Shown: one piece after another, positions 1-13,770 of the stretch | Position numbering within the stretch: position 1 is the stretch's first letter | Layout: each line of letters opens with the position of its first letter | Source: Schmidtea polychroa | Lineage: Eukaryota | NCBI GenBank assembly: GCA_044892525.1 | Contig: CM097886.1 | Coordinates: forward strand, 103,912,001 to 103,976,000 | DNA: 64,000 nucleotides | Direction: 5' to 3' | Program-made: the position numbers and the translations under genes | The notes under the pieces: model-generated | What the model saw: only the letters and a program-made list of their open reading frames with translations | What the model was told of the DNA's origin: nothing | The model's database searches: none

Positions 1-1569
1 ATTATCTTTCCGCATTTGGTAACAAAAATCTTAAGATATTTTATTTCTCTGCGAAATAATAGTTATTAATTTTATTAATAATTATTTGTGCATGTGCAAT
101 GCTAAAGTTTTATCAATGTGATTAATCAACGAGTTCAATAAAAGTCCAATTAAATGAATAAATTAATTTTATTAATTCATGAAATCTATAATTTGAATGG
201 AAGAGATATGTGTAAAATATTGAGGATTCACTAAAAATATTCTAAATACTAAAAAGAGAATAGAGATAATAGATAAAAAATATTCCTATATTAAGTTGCA
301 GAATTAAAATTAAAACAAAAAAAAAATTTAAAGTTTGAAATGGACGTAATTAAAAAGCGATTTAAGGAAAAAGAAAAGTTTTACTATGACTGATCGAAAT
401 AAATTTTTGAACGGTGTAGTTAAAACATTGTAATATGTATTTATCTGATATATGTACAAATTTCTCATGCCATTAAATGCAAAGATTATTTTTTTTGTTA
501 AATAGAGAGCTTATTTTATTTTTCAACGAGCTGAAGTTTTTTATACGGAGGAAGTCGCTATATATTAATTAAATATATTATATGTTAAGAGCTACACTAT
601 TATTTTTAATGCAAACTTTATTGATATCGCTTAAGATAACATAACAATAAAATATAGGTTTTTTGATAATTTAAAGTGTGATAAATTTTTAAGCGTCTCC
701 ATTGTATACACCTTGTTTGGGAGTAAATACTTCGCAATAAAATTGAGTCGCTAATCTCTGACCAGAATCCTTCGATTTGAGTTCATAATGCAGGCTTTTT
801 TGTTTTACTAAGAATAATGTTACGTTTTCCATTTAGTTTTTGTACGTTCTTGAGGTTTTTTCACTGTAATATTAATTAGTTGTTCAATTAGTAATGTGAT
901 AATTTAATCACTTTTTCGTTTTATGCGTTTTGACGGTTTTATATAGAATATAATAAATGGTTTAACTTACTTTTATGTCTCAAAAAATTAAAATTTCTTA
1001 TCACTGTAGGGATTTACTTTAAATTTCTTACATTGAAATAAACTAATCTTCTCAATAAAAACAACTGGTACGGTTCGAATGAAAAGCAACTATTTCTATG
1101 ACATCCCGAATGTTGAGTAATGTTACAACCTTACTGTCACTCCATGAAAAAAGTAGTGTATTGTGTTTCTTGATTACTTAAGATTGTTTATTTCGGAACA
1201 TCCCCTTTATTTGTTCACAATGTGTAAGTAAGATGTTATTCCATTTTCATTAACTTATTTGGCAACGATATACTAGTATAAATTTTATGTCGTTTAGGAT
1301 TGTCAACGTTATCAGCGTTATTTCTTAAATAACTATACAAAACTCGAGATTCCCTGGAAAGATCTGGCCTAAGAATATTTTCTGATGTTATATTGACACA
1401 ACACAAGATTATTTTGTGAATAAATTCTGTATATTAAGTCAATAAACAAAAGTATTAACGCAAATGAAGCTGCGTGCACTAACGACTTAATGAAGTTCAT
1501 AAAGTGAAACCCTTTGAAAAGGTAAACTGAGGAGATTTGAGGATACTATTACAAATAAGTTTTATGATA

Positions 1570-2135
1570 AAATGGTATTGAACAAAATGGTACTAGGATT
1601 AAGTGGTACAATGTACAAAATGGTATAGATTTAGGTCTATGTAATTCGTAATATGTAATTCGTCGCGGACAATTAATTTCAAAGACAACATAAAAATTGG
1701 AAAAATATATGGTTCTATTGAATTTTTTAAATTAATTGAATATTAATATATAATAAATTTAAATTTTTTAAATTAATTTTTCTTAGATTTTTCATATGTA
1801 ATGGAATTGCGTTCAAATCGATAAAAAATGACAAAATTTATAAAAATAACAAATAATTATCCATTAAGACTGACTTATTCTTATTTAGTTATGGTATAAA
1901 TTATAATTATTAAATCTAAACTTAAAGCATAACATTTATAATACATATAATATTAATAACACAATAAATGATTTATTTTATTGTTTTCATATGTATTACA
2001 GATTTCTGCTCTGAATTGTCCGCGCCGAATTGCCCGCGACGAATTGACAATTTAAAAGTAAACTTATTAGTCTATTTAAAAATCTATAACGTTTTGTCCG
2101 TACCATTTTGTCCGCTATCATTTTGTCCCCGCCAC
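1570..2135. mobile_element. Probable nested non-autonomous DNA transposon(s)/MITE
   Basis: Inner inverted repeat AATTCGTCGCGGACAATT (~1656-1674) vs AATTGTCCGCGCCGAATT / AATTGCCCGCGACGAATT (~2014-2045); outer ACAAAATGGTAC-type words (1570-1625) vs GTACCATTTTGT-type words (2090-2130). No TSD resolved. Confidence 0.4.
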
Positions 2136-2414
2136 CTTACAAATATAGAGTACATTATAAATAACTTTGCAGAACGCTTGTCGATTTCTAGTTTTCCGTA
2201 GACTCCCATACCTGCCAAATATTGAATTTTTCAAAACTTAATAACTTCAAATATGTTTTTGATAGCTGGCATGGTGCTGCTAAACAGAGGTATAATATTT
2301 ATTCATACCACTAATGAAAAGTCACAAAACGCAAGTATATATTTGGATTTGGAACAAAACAAATCAGAAACTAGTATAATTCTTAAACAAAATTAATAGA
2401 CAAATAATGTTGTA

Positions 2415-3960
2415 AATGAGAGGGACAAACCTGATGCTCTGATAGCAATTGTTCAACATTAGGCTTCAAATTAGTGATCTCCAAGTTCAGTGATTTGTAA
2501 TCAGTTACAGTTTTTCATAAGAAAATTGACAACCGCACTAAAACCCCTTTCTATGAGGTATACTCATGAAAAAGCTACCAGAAACATTTTTTCGAGAGTC
2601 CTAATGCTGGATAAAAACAGATACATCTTTCTGTAGCCAGTATTGATGATACCTCCTTTTGAACTGCACTTAGCTACATTTTAAGATAAAATTTATATAA
2701 CGATTGAAATGCACACCTGATTAAAGCTGTGCCGAAATACTGTGTATCTTATATATTGTTTTGATCTATAGTTTTACAAATATTAATATAAACATTATTT
2801 TTTCTATTTAATAAAGACTCATCTTTTTTTGTTCCCAGAAATTGTCGCTTTACAATTGTTCTATTCAGATATTGCGAATGACAAATAATCACATTGGCAG
2901 AAAGATAATATGAAATCTGCATTGACAAAATTCCGATAAAAAAGTACACTATGTTTTCATAAACAATACTCGATAATGCCTGAGTCAACAAAACTCTAAA
3001 ACCTTTCTCAAAAACTGCAAAAAGTCTTGTAAAAAAAGCCCTCCAAGAGCCAGTGTGAAGAAGTAATCGATAAAACTCGCCATTTTCTTCACACAATTGC
3101 GCAAATAACCTAGAATTTATGACGAATTGAAGAGATTAATGCAATTAAACATTAAAATTTTTAACACATTGTATGCGGGACACGTACTAGTACGTTCTTT
3201 TACGATTGGCACTTGAGCGCGGGTCACGTACTAGTACATTTTTTGACGTTCGATGTAATGTAATTCGAAAAAATTAAAAATATATATTTATATTTAAATT
3301 TTCATATTTACGATATTATTATAAATGCTCCCAACAAAATAAGAAATGTTGGTTAAAAATTTAAATAATTTTCGATTTATTGAGATTTTACTGATAAACT
3401 AAATTTGCGCTTAAAAACCCGCTACAGCACAACCCCGCCAAAAAATGTACCGCATACAAAACATTGTCGATGAATGACTCAGTGAATTGGAAGCGCCCAA
3501 TGTAAATTTTGTTTTAAATGGCTTAAAAACCGCGGTCTCCACCTGCTGCTGCTAACATTATATTTGATAAGGAAATCACCTTTCCAAGAAATGATCTTTG
3601 AAATCGTCGAATATTGATTCGCCTTTAGAGCATAAATTTCTTGGTCCATAACAAAACGAACATATGCTAATAATAGTGCTTCATTACCAGATAATGTTGA
3701 CTAGTCCAGTTGAATAGAAAAATGATTCGTTTGCAAATAATTACATAATAAGCTTTCAACATCATGGCTCACTTAACCAATACGTCTTTGAAATATGTTG
3801 TTACTCAAAGGAATTCTTTTAAGTATATCATATTTAGGCTTGTGTAAAACAGTTTTTAAAACCTCTTCAAAGGCTGGCAAAATCAGATGTTCCTCGATTG
3901 CTGATAGAACTTTGGTAATTGTTGACTCGGGTTTTTTCAGCTTTATTCCATCCATGTTAA
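2415..3960 (-). pseudogene. Degenerate Buster/Charlie-type hAT transposase (SCAND3/ZBED-like)
   Basis: Minus-strand motifs in the expected order: EHLILPAFEEVLKTVL..IPLSNN (ORF 3773-3955); FSIQLD*STLSGNEALLLAYVRFV (3720-3650, catalytic LDES broken by TAG); LCEENGEFYRLLLHT (ORF 2749-3096); YLIERGFSAV..LKPNVEQLLSEHQVCPSH at the C-terminus (~2560-2415). Multiple stops and frameshifts. Confidence 0.8.
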
Positions 3961-4069
3961 AGTTGGAGATGAAATAAATTCAGTCGAAGTGTATTGCTTG
4001 ATATCAAACAAAACGATGAATTCATACAAACAAATAACTTAGGCTTTAAAACTTCTTGTTCTGCGCGCA

Positions 4070-4200
4070 GTGCATACGAAAATTTGGTTGATTTCGATAG
4101 AACAGTAGTAACAGTATTCACAGCTGAATTTCCTACGGCAACAGAAACAAGTTGTTATTTTCACCATTTCCAGAGCATGATACACAAAGAAGGTGATATT
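4070..4200 (+). pseudogene. MULE (Mutator-like) transposase fragment
   Basis: ORF 3994-4251 contains LVDFDRTVVTVFTAEFPTATETSCYFHHFQ, matching the MULE DFE..A..FP..C.FH..Q motif. Confidence 0.5.
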
Positions 4201-4356
4201 GGTATGAAGATTAACTGCCAAAATACATTGCTAATTTTATTTTTCCTATAGAAATAATTTACACATTCCAATAACTGCAAAAATAGCATCACGAGCCAAA
4301 TATCCTTTAAAGCACTTAAAATTATTTACAAATGTACTTTGCTTCATACATTAAAC

Positions 4357-4605
4357 CAGCCATGGCCAACCGATGGTCCGCGAAGCGTTTTGATGTGGCC
4401 CGGACACAATTTTAAACATCAAATCAATAATTGTCTTTTTTAGATTTCATATTCGAATTAAGCATGTTTTTAATTTAAAAAATTGATTCTAAGTTTACTT
4501 GAATCGTAAAAACGAGTTATATTTATTTAAATGAATTTATTGTGGCCCGTGATAGTATTTTTCCGAAAATTTGGCCCTTCGATTGATTTGGGTTGGCCAC
4601 CACTG
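4357..4605. mobile_element. Buster-type hAT MITE, copy 1 (249 bp)
   Basis: TIR CAGCCATGGCCAAC ... GTTGGCCACCACTG; perfect 8-bp TSD CATTAAAC (4349-4356 / 4606-4613) with central TA typical of Buster. Confidence 0.9.
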
Positions 4606-5181
4606 CATTAAACGAATATAATCAACTTTTTAAAAAAATTACTACATAAAATTACAATGATAATTAAATTACATGACAATGGATTTTCAAAATCTTTATT
4701 AAATTTAATGGTGAGTGAAACTGTTGATAAGTGTGTTGATAAGCTGAACATGATTGATAACATAATTTCACCTAAAGAATCCGTTTAAATCTTTTGAGAG
4801 TGTTCCTTTGATTAATACGGAAAGTATTGTAATGGATATGATTGATGATACTCAAGTGAATCGCGTTAAGAACTATAATGAGAAATTTGCAAAAATATTG
4901 TTCCGCTGGTGTTGGTTCTGTTATAAACCTTTCTTTTTCTGAAGGTTTTAAATAATTAGGAAAATTTATTTTAAAATTATTTCAAACTCTCGTAAAGTTC
5001 GTGACATTTTCAGTAATAAATATGTAAAACCAGTTTATCTATGTTCTGATTTCGTATATTGTTTCCTTGTAATAATTTCACATACATTGAAAAGAGACTA
5101 CTCTTCATTACTTAGGAGTAAATGAAAAAATTAATATAATTGAGTTTAATAAAATCTACAATTTTAAAGTATTATCTAAGG

Positions 5182-5430
5182 CAGTGGTGGCCAACACAAA
5201 TCAATTGAAGGGCCAAATTTTCGGAAAAATACTATCACGGGCCACAATAAATTCATTTAAATAAATATAACTCGTTTTTACGATTCAAGTAAACTTAGAA
5301 TCAATTTTTTAAATTAAAAACATGCTTCATTCGAATATGAATTCTAAGAAAGACAATTAATGATTTGATGTTTAAAATTGTGTCCGGGCCAAATCAAAAC
5401 GCTTCGCGGGCCACCGGTTGGCCATGGCTG
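5182..5430. mobile_element. Buster-type hAT MITE, copy 2 (inverted relative to copy 1)
   Basis: Reverse complement of 4357-4605 with a few substitutions; own perfect 8-bp TSD ATCTAAGG (5174-5181 / 5431-5438). Confidence 0.9.
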
Positions 5431-6670
5431 ATCTAAGGGTTTCTGGAACTATTCGAAACTTATTACTTATGAGACTTTGATAATAAAATCATTTACCAAA
5501 CTAAAGAGCGCACAAAATGCATTATCTGCGCTATTTTGAGTAACTAAATTTACTAGGATTACTAAATTTTATTGGATTCCAATCATATGATTATGTAATT
5601 ACTAACGAACTTATAAGTATAACCGATTTTATTAATTTTGTCTTGCGCCTAATGATGATAGCTGAGTTGTCGAAATATATTACAAAAAATATGTTTTAAA
5701 AATTAATGCTCATTTATCTATATTAAAAAATTAAATATTTTATTTAACCGCAAATTTGACAAAGATGTCGATTTTGAAAAAAAAACTTGGTTTTGTTTAA
5801 ATTCACTCTTCATTCAAGATCAAACAAATTATTATTTGGAACTTGCCAAAAAATGCAACTTTATCGCCGTCACATGTGAATTGCAAATTCCAACGTATTA
5901 TTTTTTGAACAAATCTGACACAACTTTTATTGAAATTTATGGAATTTGATAGCTTGAATTTCAGTTTGGAATAAATTTAGCCGATTATAAATAGAAATTT
6001 GCATCATTTTAAAATTTAAAACTGACAAAAACAAATTTGTAATTTTCAAAAACCATTTATTTTTTTCATTCATTTTCATGCAATTAGTGCCGAATTTGAA
6101 TTTACTATTTGCAAAATTAATTAAATCGTTTGATATTAATTAATAATTGATTATTAAATTTTAATTAATAATTTTTAATTAATAATTATTAATTAATTAT
6201 TACAATTTAACTTCACAGCTACTGATGTATGAATGGAAAATTTCCTTTTATTAAATGCAGATTGGTTTTAATGAATTTAGATGATAAATATTTTGTATCA
6301 ATTTTTATTAAAGCTTTATTTTGTCAATTAATTGTTTATGATTATATTTTCAAAATCAAATTAATAATAATTAAAATCTAAAATTGACATCTTTTAACAA
6401 TTCATTCATTTTTCTTACGACTATAGATCAAATTATTTATTTAATATTCGATTGAACAACTGGCAGATTTTTTGAAGAATAAATTATAAAAGTCGACTCT
6501 GCGTTCTTACATGGCGACCACGCTGATTACGAAAAATTTGATACCAGAGGAAAATTATTGAGGAAATAAAAATACACCCGTTTGCACTGAATAAACGCAT
6601 CCTATAATGTAAAAATAAAATCAATACGTGTATATTAAACATACAAACTTACGTGTGTGTTGATCTCTAG

Positions 6671-6926
6671 CGTTGCAATGAATAAACGCATTTAATATAG
6701 AAAGTGAGAAAGTGGTAGAAAAAATAAACTGACACACAAAAACACAACACACAGTAAAAAATGCGTGCAAATTTTCGATATGTAGAATCGTTGCAATGAA
6801 TAAACGCATTTAATATAGAAAGTGAGAAAGTGGTAGAAAAAATAAACTGACACACAAAAACACAACACACAGTAAAAAATGCGTGCAAATTTTCGATATG
6901 TAGAATCGTTGCAATGAATAAACGCA
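6671..6926. repeat. 118-bp tandem repeat, ~2.2 copies
   Basis: CGTTGCAATGAATAAACGCA recurs at 6671, 6789 and 6907; the first two units are identical by eye. Confidence 0.9.
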
Positions 6927-7959
6927 CTATAATAAATCATTTACAGACATTTTTAGAATTTTTTAGAAAAAATTGAATGAAAAAATTTTTAACGAAAATT
7001 CTGAAAACTCAACTTTGAGTTCTATAGATAATAAAGACATTATTTCGTAAGATTTATCTTAAATTTTTAATAAATTTAATAGGTTTTTAGTGAGTTGTGC
7101 AAATTGCAGTCCATTACAAATTGTAGGAAAACTATTTATAACAAATGCGTTAAAATAAAATTTATTGTAGCAGAAAAGGTAATAAAATCATATATATGAA
7201 TTCAGTCATGTTTCATAAAATACTCAAAGTCATTAAAATTAAAGTTGTTTGAATAGTTTTTTGAAGAATAAATTTTATATGTCGACTGCATTCTTATATG
7301 AACATAAAAATAAAATGGTTAATAAGATAAACATGAACATAAGACTTATATGAGGGGTTCATTGTCATCTTCAGGTAGAAACAAAAAAATTAAAAAAGGT
7401 ATAAAATATTTTAAACCATACATAGGAATATACATTGGAATGACTACTTGTCATCACAGTACTCAAGTTCTCGATCACTGACAGCTGATTAATAATAGTG
7501 AGCGCAATACGAGATTAAATAATTATGTATGTGCAAAGAATGATTAGTTTGGGTTTGTATCGCCGTATTTTAATTGGTACATAGAAAATAAATATGTAAA
7601 ATGATATGAATGTAAAAGTTATTATATCTAATAAAAAATGATTGTTTAAATTAAAATATTTTTAAATTCTCTAATTTTGAATTAATCTAAAGATAAAATT
7701 TATTTCTTAATAAAATTAATTAATTATTTAATGTATAATTGTTAGAGTTTTTAGAATTTTGTTAAAATAAGCAATTTAGAATAAATATATTATTTTTCGT
7801 TTCAAAAGAATAATGATAGTTAACCTGTCATAAATATATTGTTATGTACAATTGGCGATTTTTAATAAAAATGACAGTCAAATTAAACAAAAAAACTCGA
7901 CAGGCCTAGTAGTAGTAGCAGGTTAAAAGCATATTTGAGGTTGCTGTATAGTGCCACCT

Positions 7960-8290
7960 GGCCGTCTCATCGTGCACTATACAAATAATATGGGCGGAAT
8001 TGACACTGCAGAGCAATATCTCTTCCTACTGATTTCTTCGGTGGAAAAAGTTGTTTTACTGGTGACTAGGTTTACATTCTCTACTTGTAATGCAATAGAA
8101 GCAGTACAAACTTTTGAATCACATAAAGTACGGGGGTCAGTTGATGGAGGATCTTGTTGGCAACTTCCGTAAGAGAACTGCTGCAATTAAACTGGGCGAA
8201 CTTCCAATTCGGACAAGGATAAAGGACTAAATGAGAAGCTCCATCTTATTATTCAACAAATACTGTATTGTGTGTTCCAAACGAATGTGC
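7960..8290 (+). pseudogene. piggyBac-like transposase remnant
   Basis: LIVHYTNNMGGIDTAEQY (YNxxMGGVDxxDQ-like) in ORF 7951-8172 and YCIVCSKR (cysteine-rich-domain-like) at ~8261-8284. Confidence 0.55.
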
Positions 8291-9104
8291 CTGATGGAAG
8301 AAGAAAAATCTTCACGTGAAATTTCTTAAGGCTATGCCGAAAATCAGTGTTAACTATAAAGCAAAATTATTGATCGATAGTCCAAAAAAGAAATAAACGA
8401 AATTAAAATATTTGATAGTGTTGTTGAATTCATTTTGTAATTAATTTGAACAATATTCCGCAGATAAGCGGTTCACCATTATTTCCTATATGTATTTATT
8501 AAATTTTGGCACAGTTTATATAAAATATAAATTTAAACAACAAATTTTATGAAGTAATAATAATCTCTATAAATCGGAAATTAATAATAAACGTAAACAT
8601 TTATCATGTGTTTGTTGACTTTTGTTTGTATCATTAAAAATATAAAATATATTCATTATGAATCACTTTAGGATTAATAATTATTATGTCAAATAATATG
8701 AAGAAATAAAATTTCCTATTACTAAGCACGATGTCACTGAATAACATAAACTCTGTTGGAATCTTCGGACGAACTCAATAAAATACGACTTTGAAGAATT
8801 ATCTAGAAATACAATTTAATTTTTCTTAAAAATAAACAAAAAAATTAAACTATTTTATGATATAATGTTCTTAATAACATTCGTTTAATCCACTGATTCC
8901 CAAACTATGGGTTGCCATACAACAGGGGTCCCTGACAAATCGCCATTGGTCACCTAAAACCCCCTGTTAATTAATTTTTAAAATAAAAAATGGTTTTTGT
9001 ACAATTCTACAATTTCTAATTTGCAACTTTCTAAAGTCTACTGTAATGAGTAAGGTAATTATTTTTTGACCTTATAAATAAATAAATAAATAAATAAATA
9101 TATA

Positions 9105-9540
9105 CATGGGCGTCCGCAAAGGGGGGCAACTGGGGGCACTTGCTCCCCCCCCCCTGAATTTCAGAAAAACAATTCTATTTTTCGATTAATTTAAACACAT
9201 TTTAATAGATGCTCTCAAAAAAAATTAATAAAAAAATTTAATTTAAAGAGGCTTCCAGTTTTTTTAATGTTATTAATTATATCTGGAAATCAATGATTTC
9301 AAATCATCTTATTTGTATAAAAACTTTCAATATTAACTGACGTTCTGATTTTATAAAAAGTGTTCTATTTTGTAAATAAACGAAAAAAAATTCCTATTTC
9401 TTATAATGCCGCAAATATTTATTATACAAATGCATTTTTTCAACTCCTTTCCCCCCTAGAAAAATTGTCTACTTGGTATAAAAAATATTTTTGCCCCCCC
9501 CGCCCCCCCCCCCCCCTGGAAAAATTCCTGTGGTTGCCCA

Positions 9541-9542
<2 letters not shown>
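9105..9542. mobile_element. hAT-type MITE (438 bp)
   Basis: TIR CATGGGCGTCCGCA ... TGTGGTTGCCCATG; 8-bp TSD AATATATA both sides; inserted into a (TAAA)n/(TA)n tract. Confidence 0.8.
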
Positions 9543-9578
<36 letters not shown>

Positions 9579-9958
9579 AAGCAATAGAATAAGCAATCAA
9601 TGTACTTAAGAGAAAAACAATTTTAAACAACAAGTAGTATCCAAAAAGGTTTATATTGTAACAGATACTGCAACATTGATATTGAAAGAATAAGTTCCGA
9701 TTCTGTAAGATAGAAAAAAACAAAAAATTAGCAATTTTATCAACTTCAAAATCCTCACAGAATTTTAAAAATTGAGGTATGTAATGAGATTAAGTGGTAA
9801 TTGATAAACAGTGACATGATCTGAAGACCTAAGCATTCAAGGACAATCAATCAAATACTTAGGCATTAATGCATATTATTTATGAAGATAACATAACATA
9901 GGGTTTAAAACTATCAAATATTCCAATACAAATACATTATAAGATGCATTCTAGTTAA

Positions 9959-11047
9959 CCCCTTTACAGTGGAAAAATGTTTTTCGTTATGCAAACCGTG
10001 TATTTGTTTCTTTCATAATTTGATATGTTATGTTGTCCGGATAAAATAAAAAGTATTTTTAAGTGAGAATGAGTTGTCTTTTAGAAAGTGTGAGGAAAAT
10101 AAGAAAAACCTGAATTTTTGTACTTTTTAAAAAAAAATTTTTAATTAATTTAACACTGCTTTAAATGTTCTATACTAAATTGTATTGTTTAATAACGAAC
10201 ATAACTGATACGTTTGATATCAATTGTTTTTAATAATCATATTTGGGGTAATAAACACCAAAACATGGAGCAGCACATAGTGCTGTATCACACTCCGAAC
10301 AATAGTATCGTGTCACTTTACGAAATTTTCTTCCATCGGGACCAGGTCTTTACATCTCTTTGTAGGTGCTTTTTACAGAATTGGCTGAAATGAACAAAAG
10401 GAAATGTTGAGCAGTTAGACGTAGAGGATTACCAGTAGTGTTCGATGGTCTACCTCAGCGTTGCAATTGATCAGGTTTCTCGATTAGTATTTCTTGAGAA
10501 GTCGTTCGGTCAACTTGACAGCAAATTGTAAATAACTAAGTTTTGGTGTATTTGTATTTTTTGGAACAAAATGTAACTGTTTAGAACAGTCTGGTTGACA
10601 AGATAGCGAAAATGTTTTTTGTACCACACCTTAGTGAGCTTATGCTCAATTGTAAATGCTGCGAGCATTTGATCGCCGACATCAACCGCACCCATGTGCT
10701 GGTTGTAGGTCAGAATAGCAATGCGTTTCACTGTTTCCACACCACGTTTTGTGACAGTTTCCATGCAACTTGTATGATATGTGGACAAAACAGTCACTTC
10801 GGTTTTGTCTATCCACTTCAAAGCCATAAGATCTTCTGTAAAACGGGATATTGTTTCACAACGTTTTATCTTCTTCTTGAGGTCCGCCGTCATATTTTTT
10901 CTGTTCAGTCAGAACTGGCTGTTGGATTAGCCGCTCTATGCATTTCTTATGCTATTTTTGTATTAACACGAGTTTACTCGGGACGCACGGCACACAGAAG
11001 ACTTTTACATCTGATGACGAGTTAATTCGTGACACATGGTAAAGGGG
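9959..11047 (-). mobile_element. Internally deleted piggyBac element (1,089 bp)
   Basis: TTAA at 9955-9958 and 11048-11051; TIR CCCCTTTAC / GTAAAGGGG. ORF 10510-10893 has ALKWIDK..V.VLSTYH and YNQHMGAVDVGDQ. A downstream frame carries the CRD (RKVTRYYCSECDTALCAAPCF). The N-terminal catalytic region is absent. Confidence 0.9.
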
Positions 11048-11753
11048 TTAATAAAATGAGAAAAATGAATTATTCATACAATTGAAAACTGCCATATACC
11101 AAAGTAAATGTGCTTCAACAAAATAATTGTCTACCACATCATGTACAATACATATAAATAAATTGGAAAAACCCTCAAGATTTTACACCAAATAATTAAG
11201 AAACACTTGGATTCTGCTGAAAATTCTTGGACCTATAGAGATTTTCAACAATATCAGAGTAAAAATATATTAATAAAAATCATAGCCTGGGAAAGCAATA
11301 AAAAAATCTCTTATTTTAAGATTTAATTTTCATCAAAGAAAACATCCAGTGAAATTGCAAACCTTATTGTTTGTTGACCTTTTTGAAATATTTTCATCCT
11401 TTCACAAAATATGGTGAAGCTTTATTGCTTAGTTTATTTTTGAGACAACTTTAAAAATGAAAAAAAGAGTTAAAAGAATAACAAATTAATTTGAAATCAA
11501 AAATAAATGAAAACAATGGAATCAAAATTAAAATATGTAATTCTGAGGTTTAAAATAGTTTTTAAAGATTTTTCGAAAAAATTCAAGAATTTAGAATATT
11601 GAGTATTTTATTTTAAATTTCTTTAATTATTTAAATTTGATTTGTATCATATGAATATGAAAAGAATAGAGTTTAAAGAAAACAGAAAATCACATTAAAA
11701 ATTCCAGCTAAATTCTGAAATATATTGAAAAGAATTATTTAATAATTGAACAT

Positions 11754-12105
11754 NNNNNNNNNNNNNNNNNNNNNNNNNNNNNNNNNNNNNNNNNNNNNNN
11801 NNNNNNNNNNNNNNNNNNNNNNNNNNNNNNNNNNNNNNNNNNNNNNNNNNNNNNNNNNNNNNNNNNNNNNNNNNNNNNNNNNNNNNNNNNNNNNNNNNNN
11901 NNNNNNNNNNNNNNNNNNNNNNNNNNNNNNNNNNNNNNNNNNNNNNNNNNNNNNNNNNNNNNNNNNNNNNNNNNNNNNNNNNNNNNNNNNNNNNNNNNNN
12001 NNNNNNNNNNNNNNNNNNNNNNNNNNNNNNNNNNNNNNNNNNNNNNNNNNNNNNNNNNNNNNNNNNNNNNNNNNNNNNNNNNNNNNNNNNNNNNNNNNNN
12101 NNNNN
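11754..12105. other. Assembly gap (others: 19849-20003, 26781-26916, 28014-28141, 28757-28989)
   Basis: Runs of N; indicates a scaffolded assembly. Confidence 1.
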
Positions 12106-13416
12106 TCATTGCTGTATTAAATGTTTATTTTAAATATTTTTTAGTAAAATTAATATTTTCTTAATAGGTAATAAGTTCAATATCAAATTTACTTAATTAT
12201 GACGCATTAAAAAATCGTTATTTTTTGTTTTGATCTAATTTTTGTTAATAATAACATTTTTTGCAACAATTGCGTATTATTTGTCTCTGTAACAGAGGTC
12301 AGGTGGGTAAAAAACAACAAATTAAGCACAAAAGTTTAAAATAGAAAATTTAATTTTCCTATTTCAAATAATGCAATTAACAAAAATTAGCAATAAGTGC
12401 TGTCAATCACCATTCTCAATTTGCCCTTACTAGTTTGTTTTCAAATATTTTTGTATCTTTAGATTTCACCTCAAAAATAAAACATGAAAATATGACAAGT
12501 TTTTTTTAAACGGTTTTTCTTCCTTAATTTTTCGATTGAAAAAAATGTTGTTATTAGATTTCATTGTTTTTATCTACTGATTTTTATCCTTGAATTTTAG
12601 TTATTTATTTAATGATTGTTTTCAATTACAGTTTTTTCAATAGTAAAATAATTAGAATAACGTTTTCTCAATATTTTCCTTTAAGAAATTTTGAATGTTT
12701 TCCCATTAAATTTTGAATATTCGGGAGAACCCAGGAAAAAAGTAAGCCTTTCTTTAATTATTTATAATTAGTATTTTATTCAATTATATAAATAATACAA
12801 GACAACAACAATAATAATAATCATAACGATTGCAAAACAACAATTGCAATTACAATAATTACAAAAATAATAATAATTACAAAATTAATTACCATAATAA
12901 ATATGACAAAATTGTCGAATATTATTTATTTTTATATTTAATCGAGCATTTCTATTTAATATTTTCTTTAAATAACAAATGTTTTAATTTGATCAATGCC
13001 ATTTAAATTAAAATAAAAACAATTTTTTTGATAATAAACTGTTTTTGTATTAAGACAATTTTAAAATATTTTTTTTCAAAACATTCACCGTAAATCTTGC
13101 GTGCTTATTGTACCATGGAAAGAATCATTAATAGAGTTTAAAATAACAAATCATCAGAAGCTCTGTAAATTTTAATAAGTTTAAACAAGATATTATTTAT
13201 TGCAGAAATAAACAATAATCTTTAACCGTTATTAAACCGTTATTCAACCATTATTCAATTGGATTTCTATAATAACCAAAATATTCTATAATGAGTCTGA
13301 ATTAAATATTTCTAATAAAATCTTTGATTTGCCAATATTTAATAAAATTTCCAATTTTTTCGAATAAAAAAAATTTAAACCAATTTTTGCAGTCTTAATC
13401 GTGTATTCCTTAAATA

Positions 13417-13770
13417 GACCAATCTCTCGCTTAACGAATTAATTCGTTCCCAAAAAAGTGAACGTAAATCAAAATTTCGTTTCGCGAATTTTTATTTTAA
13501 TTATCGGTTATTACCAAGAATTCTAATTTATACAAAATATTAATGTTCTACCTATAATATTCAAGTAATCAGAACAATAAATACATAATTCGTTTGTTTT
13601 ATTTTGCATTCGGTTTCTGTATATTCGTAAGGTGTGGTTTCCCTAATTAAATAAAAAACAAAAATTTGTAAATTTAAAGTTTTTTCGTAAAGAGAGACTG
13701 TGAAATTTTTTCTAAATTACGTTATAGTGAAACTTCGTAAAAAGAGACTTCGTAAAGCGAGGGATTGGTG
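13417..13770. mobile_element. Tc1/pogo-type MITE
   Basis: TA-GACCAATCTCTCGCTTAACGAA ... TTCGTAAAGCGAGGGATTGGTG-TA: ~22-bp imperfect TIR with TA TSD. Confidence 0.65.

Noticed and set aside
700-1400. Isolated transposase-like words on the minus strand (TQIEGFWS, WSDSKVVTLL)
   Set aside because: Too short and inconsistent (Merlin-like vs piggyBac-like) to call.
3169-3459. 10-bp inverted repeat TTGTATGCGG/CCGCATACAA with internal CACGTACTAGTAC duplicates inside the Buster remnant
   Set aside because: Possibly a MITE, but the TIR is too short and no TSD could be identified.
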